Assembly (NCBI GenBank): GCA_963708185.1
Contig: OY970195.1
Coordinates: forward strand, 192,001-256,000
Direction of reading: 5' to 3'
DNA length: 64,000 bases
Source of the DNA: Candidatus Peregrinibacteria bacterium
GTDB taxonomy: Bacteria > Patescibacteriota > Gracilibacteria > UBA1369
The translations under genes and the position numbers were made by a program. Of this stretch, positions 56,619 through 64,000 are shown in pieces. The notes beneath the pieces were generated by a model. That model had not been told where the DNA came from and searched no databases. It saw only the letters and a list, made by a program, of their open reading frames with translations. How positions within the stretch are numbered: position 1 is the first letter of the stretch; the number at the start of each line of letters is the position of its first letter.

Positions 56619-56702
56619 GGAAAGGGCGTCTTCAGGTTTTGAGTATTGCTAAATATTTTAAATATGTTATAATTTTCTGATACATCGATATCAGAAAGTT
56701 AT

Positions 56703-57473
56703 ATGCAGAAAAACAAAAAACAACGTTCTTCATTTTTGATTACCTTTTTCCATCGGGACAAACTGATTGCCTTCGGTACGGTTTTTTTTGTGACGGCTCT
56801 TGTGCTGCTCGTGGGAATGTTTCTTTTTCCGACGGTACGATCAGTCCTTCATACGTCGGCGTTGGCGACGGGAATGGTCCCGGGAAGAGTATCAACCCCG
56901 GAAGCCCCGCCGGTGGTGATTTTCAAGGATGTGGATTCCACCCATCCGAACGCTGAAGCCATCGCTTATTTGAAAGATCATCATTTTTTGACGGGATATC
57001 CGGACGGAACCTTCAAGCCGGATGATTTTGTGACACGAGCCGAACTTTTGAAACTTCTTTTTTCCGTACAGCAGGTCGATCCGACCCCGGCCGTGTATCG
57101 AGCATGTTTTCAGGACGTGGCCGACGACTGGTTCGCGCCGTTCGTCTGTTACGCAAAAGCCAAGGGGTTGGTCCAGGGGTACGCGGATAAAACGTTTGCC
57201 CCGGGGAAAAGCGTTACCGTCGCCGAAGCGCTCAAAATTATTTTACTGGAGTTTCGGCTGGATCTTGCGGACGCTTCGGGTTTCCAGGAAATGAAAATGG
57301 ACGACGGGGCCTGGTTTGCTCCGTATGTCCGGACGGCTTTGAGTAAAAATCTCATTACCTGGGAAGAGTTTGTCCGGCCGGGGGTCATTCCCAATTTGAA
57401 CCATACTACCGTCGCCACAGCGCTCCTCAACAGAGCGCAGCTCGCTGAAATTCTTTACCGGCTGGTGAAATAG
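56703..57473 (+). CDS. S-layer homology domain protein
   Basis: FKDVD, GYPDGTFKPD, VTRAELLK, GYADKTFAPG, VTVAEALK. Confidence 0.92.
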   Translation: MQKNKKQRSSFLITFFHRDKLIAFGTVFFVTALVLLVGMFLFPTVRSVLHTSALATGMVPGRVSTPEAPPVVIFKDVDSTHPNAEAIAYLKDHHFLTGYPDGTFKPDDFVTRAELLKLLFSVQQVDPTPAVYRACFQDVADDWFAPFVCYAKAKGLVQGYADKTFAPGKSVTVAEALKIILLEFRLDLADASGFQEMKMDDGAWFAPYVRTALSKNLITWEEFVRPGVIPNLNHTTVATALLNRAQLAEILYRLVK

Positions 57474-57474
57474 T

Positions 57475-58227
57475 CTATTTCTTGTTGAGTTCCTGTTCGA
57501 TGGTCTGCTGGAACGTATAGTAATCCTGAGCACCGACGACTTTCTGGTCGTTGATGAAGATGGTCGGTGTGCCGGAGATTCCTTTTTTGTCACCCGAAGC
57601 TATGTCCTGTTGGATGGTGTCGGCGTATTTGCTGGTTGAAAGGCACTGGGCGAATTTTCCGGCATCCAGGCCCGCGCTCTGGGCGAGGGTTTCAAAAACC
57701 TGGACGTCGTTGCTGTTTCCTGACCACATGTTCTGGTTGGCGAAGAGCAGGTCATGGTAATCCCAGAATTTATCCTGGTCCGCAGCGCATAAAGCCGCTT
57801 CAGCCGCTTTCGGCGCCTGGGGGTGGATATTGAGAGGGTAGTTGTGGAAGGTGTAATAAACTTTTCCGGTGTCTACGTAGTTTTTGAGGATTTGAGGATA
57901 TGCCGTGGAGAAATAACGTTCACAATATGGACATTGGAAATCTCCGAATTCGACGATCTTCACTTTTGCGTCTTTGTTGCCGAGAGAAAGGTGACCGTCG
58001 CTGTCCACGGATTTGTCGACGGTATCGTATGCGTTGGGGGGAGTCGTCTGGAGTGTGGGCTGTTGCGCTATGGTGTTCTGGTTATTGCTCACGCCGGTCG
58101 TTCCGGCAGTTTGATTGTATGTTGTAGGCAAAGTAGAGAAGCCAAGGCTTAGTCTTCCGACGCCAAAACCAATGATCAGTCCCAACAAAAAAACCGTCGC
58201 CAGCATCCAAGGGTTTGTATTTTTCAT
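57475..58227 (-). CDS. DsbA family thiol-disulfide oxidoreductase
   Basis: EFGDFQCPYC, GISGTPTIFIN. Confidence 0.94.
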   Translation of the reverse strand: MKNTNPWMLATVFLLGLIIGFGVGRLSLGFSTLPTTYNQTAGTTGVSNNQNTIAQQPTLQTTPPNAYDTVDKSVDSDGHLSLGNKDAKVKIVEFGDFQCPYCERYFSTAYPQILKNYVDTGKVYYTFHNYPLNIHPQAPKAAEAALCAADQDKFWDYHDLLFANQNMWSGNSNDVQVFETLAQSAGLDAGKFAQCLSTSKYADTIQQDIASGDKKGISGTPTIFINDQKVVGAQDYYTFQQTIEQELNKK

Positions 58228-58235
58228 ATCTTCGA

Positions 58236-58979
58236 TTAAAGGAGTGAAATGTTGTTCACATTATACGACAGATTGATCCAGTTCACCAGTGCGTTTAAGT
58301 TGTTGGTCATGAGCAAAAGGCCGAGCAGCATCACGAATGCGCCGGCGATCACGGAAGAGTAACGTGCGACCTTGCGGAATTTTTTGAGTTTTTGTGAAGC
58401 GTGCGCCACGAAAAAGGTGAAGATGAAGAGAGGCAGGAGAAAACCCAAGGAATAAAAAGTGAAAAGCAGGATCGCTTCGTTGAAGTTTGCCTGCGTGGCG
58501 GCAAGGGTGAAGATGGCACCGATAATGGGGCCGTAGCATGGTGCCCAGCCGAACGCGAAAAATATTCCGGTCACGAATGAACGGAGGTATTCCACCTTCT
58601 TGAGTCTGGGTGAAAGCTCGAATTTTTTTTCTTTCAGCAAGAATTTGATGTTGATGAGTCCCGTGAGCTGCAACCCGAAAAGGATGATGATGATTCCTCC
58701 GACGGTTTGAAAGATGGGTCGATTCAACACCAGCGTTTCTCCTACGACCCCGATGACCGCTCCAAAGAGGAGGAAGATGATCGAAAATCCCAGGCCGAAG
58801 AGGAGCGTATTGAGAAGCAGTTTTTTGCGCGCTTCTTTTTTCCCGAGGTTTTTGTAGCCGTGCGAAAGCGATACTCCCGCGATGTAACCTAAAAACGAAG
58901 GGATGATCGGCAGGACGCAGGGTGAAGCGACGGAGAGGACTCCGGCGAGGAAAGCGATGATGATTCCGGGCGTGGACAT
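58236..58979 (-). CDS. ccdA: CcdA/DsbD-like thiol-disulfide transporter
   Basis: SPCVLPIIP, GWAPCYGPI. Confidence 0.9.
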   Translation of the reverse strand: MSTPGIIIAFLAGVLSVASPCVLPIIPSFLGYIAGVSLSHGYKNLGKKEARKKLLLNTLLFGLGFSIIFLLFGAVIGVVGETLVLNRPIFQTVGGIIIILFGLQLTGLINIKFLLKEKKFELSPRLKKVEYLRSFVTGIFFAFGWAPCYGPIIGAIFTLAATQANFNEAILLFTFYSLGFLLPLFIFTFFVAHASQKLKKFRKVARYSSVIAGAFVMLLGLLLMTNNLNALVNWINLSYNVNNISLL

Positions 58980-59005
58980 GAAGAAAAAATATTTTGTCTG
59001 ACTCG

Positions 59006-60633
59006 CTATATTTTACCATAGATTTTTTTTATTTTTTGGAGGACGTACCAGAATCCCGCGCCGCCGGGAGGAATCAATCCAAGATAGTACCAGGGCGAAG
59101 CATTGGTGTCTGAAGCCGGCGACGAACCGATGATTTCATATTTTTTGAGGATGAGGTTGTTGGTCTGTTGTTGCGTGGAAGAGGATTGGGCGTTTGCAGG
59201 ATCCGAAGTTGAAGCCTCCGGGGCTGAAGGGAGATCTGTCGCAAGAATTTTGATTTGAGAACCTTTGACGAAGGTCGCTTTCGCCAAAGGCCCTGCCAGC
59301 AGCGATTCATCAAAAGTCACCGTGTAGTTTGTGCCGTTGTCCGTCCTTAAGGGAAAGCTGTACGTGTCTCCGAAGTCGGCGTCGGACGTGATTTCACCGG
59401 AAAGTTCCAGATACACGGGATTCGGCTGGCCGGGAGTCGGTTGATTTTCCCAGATCCATTGGGAGTCGGTTGAACCGTCTTCCTTGGATATGAGGATATT
59501 GGCATAGGATTGGGCTTTCGGAGCTTCATCGTATTCAACGGTCTGGAGAAGTTTCCCGGTGGGATCGAAGAGGCGGACCTGGTCTTTGGTATTATTGAGC
59601 GAGAGTTTCGAATCCGAAGCTTTGATGAGGTAGGTGCTTTGTGGAGCGATGCTGATGCTGTCCCCAAGGACGTAGGGTTTGCTTCCTCCTTCCGCGTCGT
59701 CGACCTGCCAGTTGCCCATATTTATCGTATCGCTGCCTCTGTTGGTGAGTTCGATCCATTCGTTGTTGCGGTCGTCGCTCTCGGCATGTGGAAGAATTTC
59801 GGAAATGACGATGTCGTTGCTGAGATCGCCGTTGCGGTAACTTTTGATGCTTTTTGTCGTTGAGGATTTTGACGTGGTGCTTGTCCTTGTTGTCGAGGCC
59901 GCTTTTTTGGTCGCCGGCTTCGGGACTGCGACGGCCGTCGCGGAAGTTTGCTTTGTCGGAATCGTTGTTGCTGAAGTTTCTGGTGGCGGGACTTCATTGT
60001 TGGGTTTTCCGGGGGTAGTATCGTCGGTCAGGCTCCAGTCGTCCACGGAATTGCTGTCTCTCATGTTTTTTCTGATCAGACTCTGGTCTGTCCCGATTTT
60101 ATCGCTCGGGAAACAGTCCTTCGGGTCGGCGGATATCCATCCGTGGTTTTGGAAAAGTTTTTCCGTATCGTTGATCTCACTGCTCGTTGGGGTGGCACTG
60201 CTCCAGCACAATGCATCGACGATTTTTCCGTGAGGATCCAGAAGGATGATTTGTTCCGTCGTCGCCGTGCGCCGGAACGGGTCGTGTTGATAACGTGTTT
60301 GCTCTGGTCGTCGGGGGCCTGGTTTTTGAATTGTACAAGAACATACCCTCCGGATTCGATCCAATAGTCTCCGTCGACGGTTTTAAAAATCCCGTCGTCC
60401 TGAAACTTGAAGCCCTTGATGTTGAAAGGTTTTCCGGAAGGGGATGAATAAAAGATCTCGATCCAGTCCGCGGTTTTGTTCTTGATATTCGCTTCGGTGA
60501 TGAGAAGTTTGGCTCCGGGTTCGGCGAACGTTTCCGGCGTTGCAAGGTTTTCGCTGATAGTTTGTGCGAAGGCGTTGTTTCCAAACCATAATATGAAGAG
60601 GAAGGTTTGAAGGAAGATGTTTTTCTTTTTCAT
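59006..60633 (-). pseudogene. Secreted lamin-tail-domain protein split by a -1 frameshift near 60270
   Basis: Signal peptide and first LTD start (ITEANI..DWIEI) in 60076..60633; the domain continues (EQIILLD..IVDALCW..TPG) in 59006..60364, followed by a second LTD (ISEILP..EWIELTN) and a C-terminal anchor. Confidence 0.75.
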
Positions 60634-60864
60634 GGTTTTTCCATTAATTTTTTTTACCCTACGCTTCCAACCGTGAAATTCTTTTTAAGACTTTCTTAAT
60701 TTTGTGAGGCTCTTTTTGTTAATTTTATTCTTTTGAAATAAAATTAAAGTTTAGTCAATTCAAATTCGAGAGAAAAAAAGAGTCGGGTTCTCGAAAACAA
60801 GCCGTTGGGCAAAAGCCGGGTTTGACTTGCCAGGACATGGTGTTTTATGCTGTTGTTAGTTCAA

Positions 60865-61048
60865 AAGTCACAAGAGGTACTTCGTATGTATTTTCCTTCC
60901 CGGAGGTCCAAAGGAATCCGAACTAAAGCAGTATTTTCCATGATTTCTCTCCAAGTCGAACAACACGGTTTCAGGTTGTTAAAACTGCTAGAATAGCGGG
61001 ATTCTTTCTGTGAAGCGGAAATTCGAATGCACCTTTTGGGATGACCTT
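60865..61048 (+). ncRNA. ssrS: Probable 6S RNA
   Basis: ~180-nt rod (GTCA/TGAC, AAGAGGT/ACCTTTT, AAGGAATCC/GGATTCTTT, AGCAGT/ACTGCT, AACAAC/GTTGTT) with an internal bubble; downstream of TTGACT..TATGCT and directly upstream of rny, a known 6S position. Confidence 0.6.
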
Positions 61049-61068
61049 ATTCCCTTATTTTCAATAAT

Positions 61069-62592
61069 ATGTCTCCAGGTGCAATTGTCATTGCGCTGGT
61101 AGCTCTCGCCCTTGGTGCAGTTGGTGGATACTTTGTCCAGAAGAAGCAAATTGAAGCCAAAAATAAAGATACGATCGATCAGGGAGAGAAGCTCATACAG
61201 CAGGCTCAGGCCAAAGCAAAAGAGATCCTTTATGAAGCAAAGAACGACGCTTTAAAGGAACTTGAAAAACTCAAGGCTGAAGAAGAGAAGAAACGTCAAC
61301 AGTTGGATAAAGTGGAAAGCCGTCTGGTTGAAAAAGAGGAAGCGCTCGATAAGAAAATTCAGGCTTCCGATCAACTTAAAACGGATCTTGATGCCAAAGT
61401 ACTATCGGTCAAGCAGCTCCGGGAGGAGGTCCAGAAAATCCATGATATGCAGTCGGTTGAACTTGAAAAGGTCGCCGCACTTTCCCGCGAGGAAGCGAAG
61501 GCCATTTTGCTCAAACAGGTCGAAGAAGATTCCAGGGCCGAGATCGTGGAACACATTAAACGTTCCGAAAAAGAGCTTATGGACCGGGCCAAGGAAAAAG
61601 CCAAGTTCATTCTCGCTGACGCCATCCAGAAGTACGCAGCCGAGACGGCTACCGAAGCCACCATCACCGTTATCAATTTGCCGAGCGACGATCTGAAAGG
61701 CCGTATTATCGGACGTGAAGGACGCAACATCAACGCTTTTGAGGAAGCGACGGGTATCGACGTCATCGTGGACGATACGCCGGGTTCAATCGTGATTTCA
61801 GGTTTCGACCTGGTGCGTCGCTATATTGCCAAAGTGGCTTTGGAGAAATTGATCGCCGATGGACGCATCCACCCGGCACGCATTGAAGAGACCGTGGAAA
61901 AAACCAAGGAAGAGGTCAACAACATGATCAAGGAACTTGGTGAAAAGGCCGCTTACGAAACGGGAGTGGCCGGACTTCACCCCAACCTTATCAAGCTGTT
62001 GGGCCGTTTGAAGTTCCGCACCAGCTATGGACAGAATGTTTTGAAGCATTCGATGGAGGTTTCTTTCCTGGCCGCCAATCTGGCTTCCGAGCTCGGCGCC
62101 GACGTGAACGTTTGTCGCAAGGCAGGCCTGTTGCATGACATCGGCAAGGCCGTTGATCATGAAATCCAGGGGAACCCCGCCGTCATCGGACGGGATATCG
62201 CCAAGAAGTTCGGTCTTCAGGATAACGTGGCCCGTGCCATTGAAGGTGAAATGGGCGATCCGAACACCGTGACGCTTGAAACCATGATTGTCCAGGCTGC
62301 CAATGCTATTTCCGAATCCAGGCCCGGTGCAAACCGAGAGAATCTTGATTCCTACATCAAGCGTCTTGATGAGCTTGAAAACACCGCAAAATCCTTTGAA
62401 GGTGTCGTTAAAGCGTATGCCATCCAGTCGGGGGCCGAAGTCCGTATTTTCGTTGCTTCGGATGTCGATGATCTTGGCGCGATCAAGTTGAGCCACGACA
62501 TTTCCCGAAAGATCGAACGAGACCTCCAGTATCCCGGGCAGATCAAAGTGACCGTGATCCGCGAGACGCGTTCTGAAGCTTTCGCTGTTTAA
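61069..62592 (+). CDS. rny: Ribonuclease Y
   Basis: N-terminal TM helix, coiled coil, KH (KGRIIGREGRNI), HD (NVLKHS, LLHDIGKA), YPGQIKVTVIRE. Confidence 0.96.
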   Translation: MSPGAIVIALVALALGAVGGYFVQKKQIEAKNKDTIDQGEKLIQQAQAKAKEILYEAKNDALKELEKLKAEEEKKRQQLDKVESRLVEKEEALDKKIQASDQLKTDLDAKVLSVKQLREEVQKIHDMQSVELEKVAALSREEAKAILLKQVEEDSRAEIVEHIKRSEKELMDRAKEKAKFILADAIQKYAAETATEATITVINLPSDDLKGRIIGREGRNINAFEEATGIDVIVDDTPGSIVISGFDLVRRYIAKVALEKLIADGRIHPARIEETVEKTKEEVNNMIKELGEKAAYETGVAGLHPNLIKLLGRLKFRTSYGQNVLKHSMEVSFLAANLASELGADVNVCRKAGLLHDIGKAVDHEIQGNPAVIGRDIAKKFGLQDNVARAIEGEMGDPNTVTLETMIVQAANAISESRPGANRENLDSYIKRLDELENTAKSFEGVVKAYAIQSGAEVRIFVASDVDDLGAIKLSHDISRKIERDLQYPGQIKVTVIRETRSEAFAV

Positions 62593-62604
62593 TTTTCAAC
62601 TGCT

Positions 62605-63453
62605 ATGTCACCAGCCGGCATCAGCAATATCAACGTTGAAGGAGAAAAGCTCCAGCTTGTCCTTGATTCGCTTGGATGGGAGAAAGCCCGCAAGATGGCG
62701 GAAGAACACAAAGTGAAAGCCATGGGGATGCTCCAGTCCTTTCTGTTCCAGCCAAAAAAGGAAGACATCACTATCTCCTACGAGGAAAAACGTTATCAGG
62801 CTTTCTGGCACATTGTCGGAACTTCATTCTTTGAATACAAACGTCGTGCGCGCTATCGCGTGCCCGTCGAAACCGTGGTCGAGGACGTCAACTATGAAGG
62901 AAAGGAGTATAAGGTCGATAAGGAACATACTTTCGGGATTGAAGGGATTGAACATTGCAAGGAAAACTATCGTGAAGAGGTCATGGTGGATGCCCAGACC
63001 GACCAGCCCGGTGATTTTAAGAGGTATCTTCAGTTTCCGGCCAAGGATTTGAAGAGTACCGACGAGCTGACCAAGGACGGAACGCCGGTCGTCAATCTTG
63101 AAACCAAGGCGTCGTTCCTGGTGAGAAAGATTTTGAATCAGCTCGTGAAGCCCATCAAAGCCGATGAGATCCTCGACGAAAAGATCAGCATTGAGACGTT
63201 GAGTCTTTATTTTTACCCGATCTATACGTTTGAGTTTACCTGGGCTGCCAAGAACAAAAAATCTGTCGTGGAGTTTGACGGGGTCACCGGAGAATTGCGC
63301 AAAGGGCGCAAGATCGGAGACCAACTGCGTCACGCTTTCACCAACGACGAACTGTTCGATTTCGCCAAGGAGGTCGCCAATTTTGTTCCCGGAGGCGCGC
63401 TGGCGATGATGGCGGGCAAGAAGGCCATCGAGATGGCGAAGAAAAAGGATTAG
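62605..63453 (+). CDS. Hypothetical protein
   Basis: 282-aa ORF, probably co-transcribed with rny. Confidence 0.8.
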   Translation: MSPAGISNINVEGEKLQLVLDSLGWEKARKMAEEHKVKAMGMLQSFLFQPKKEDITISYEEKRYQAFWHIVGTSFFEYKRRARYRVPVETVVEDVNYEGKEYKVDKEHTFGIEGIEHCKENYREEVMVDAQTDQPGDFKRYLQFPAKDLKSTDELTKDGTPVVNLETKASFLVRKILNQLVKPIKADEILDEKISIETLSLYFYPIYTFEFTWAAKNKKSVVEFDGVTGELRKGRKIGDQLRHAFTNDELFDFAKEVANFVPGGALAMMAGKKAIEMAKKKD

Positions 63454-63998
63454 TTTTTTTGTTCCGCAGCTTCCGTTATCAATTTTAAGACGAGCGTTGC
63501 TTGATGCATGGCGTTTTTGCCGATGGGATCGTTGAATAAAACGTTGATCGGTGCTTCGCCGAAATAAAGCTGATGGGAGACCAACAGCGTGATTCTGGCG
63601 TTGCCTTTTTCCGGAGCCGTCAGGCGGGCGAATTCCCATGGGCCGATCTTGGTGATGATGGTTTCACCTTCAGCGAACAGAGCATCTGTGAGTTTTTTTG
63701 ACGCATCGGTCGGAGCGTCCCAGACGATGAGTTTTTCGGAGTGATTGATATAACGGGCCGTTCCGTCTTTGTATGCCGCCAACGTGTCCAGTCCTTCATC
63801 GAGCGCGATTTCAATGATCATCCCGAGCAGTTTTTTGTCCGGTGAAGGATTTCCCATGTCAGCGAGTTTGCGGTAGGCCAGAATTTTGGGGCGAGTCTCG
63901 AGGTTGAGGTTTTCGATGATTTTCTGGAGATCAGCCTGCTTCGGTGAAGCTGAAAAGAGGATGTTCCAGGGATACTGGTCCTGGATGTGGGGAGTTTT
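63450..63998 (-). CDS. Hypothetical protein (5' end outside window)
   Basis: Frame stays open from 63857 to the window edge (KTPHIQDQYPWNILF...); LDTLAAYKDGTARYIN. Confidence 0.8.
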   Translation of the reverse strand, partial: KTPHIQDQYPWNILFSASPKQADLQKIIENLNLETRPKILAYRKLADMGNPSPDKKLLGMIIEIALDEGLDTLAAYKDGTARYINHSEKLIVWDAPTDASKKLTDALFAEGETIITKIGPWEFARLTAPEKGNARITLLVSHQLYFGEAPINVLFNDPIGKNAMHQATLVLKLITEAAEQKN

Positions 63999-64000
63999 GT

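Noticed and set aside
56674-56697. Inverted repeats TTTCTGATA/TATCAGAAA (56674-56697) and TTAATTTTATT/AATAAAATTAA (60719-60747)
   Set aside because: They may be operators, but they are short and AT-rich with no linked regulator, so support is insufficient
1-64000. CRISPR array, integrase, transposase or prophage
   Set aside because: No regularly spaced repeats or recognisable recombinase or phage structural genes were seen; the 'phage holin family' gene at 32104 is a common chromosomal membrane protein
1-64000. Alternative genetic code (TGA = Gly, as in some Gracilibacteria)
   Set aside because: Several genes end at TGA at expected lengths with ATGA overlaps (2971, 3663, 4499, 49066), and conserved genes have no in-frame TGA

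Overview
Bacterial chromosomal window in the standard genetic code (TGA is used as a stop). The gene content (tandem TrbC/VirB2-like pilins, type IV pilus genes, SLH and lamin-tail surface proteins, AT-rich ribosome-binding regions without Shine-Dalgarno motifs) suggests a Patescibacteria/CPR organism, possibly Peregrinibacteria-like; this is inference. It holds a type IV pilus cluster (pilN/O/C, three prepilins, a frameshifted pilX-like gene, pilT), metG, five VirB2-like pilins, divIB/sbp, typA, dus, a pseudouridine synthase, thpR, ssb, gmk, a Zn/Mn ABC transporter, a MerR/TipA regulator, dsbA/ccdA, rny and many orphan genes. RNA genes are tRNA-Ala(GGC), tRNA-Gln(CTG), a tRNA-Asn(GTT) split inside the anticodon by a 511-nt group I intron encoding an HNH endonuclease, and a probable 6S RNA upstream of rny. 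The most striking unexplained element is a ~550-nt, highly structured minus-strand non-coding RNA candidate between ssb and gmk (about 43832-44383). It has two tandem sigma70 promoters, a boxA-like sequence, many hairpins separated by A/C-rich linkers, and a terminator. Other points of interest: a short amphipathic motif shared by six unrelated or orphan proteins, a fungal-type aspartokinase, a remodelled class IV aminotransferase, an orphan membrane protein with a HicA-like tail, an RNase Y with altered HD-domain ligands, and a 52-aa basic protein missed by the ORF track.
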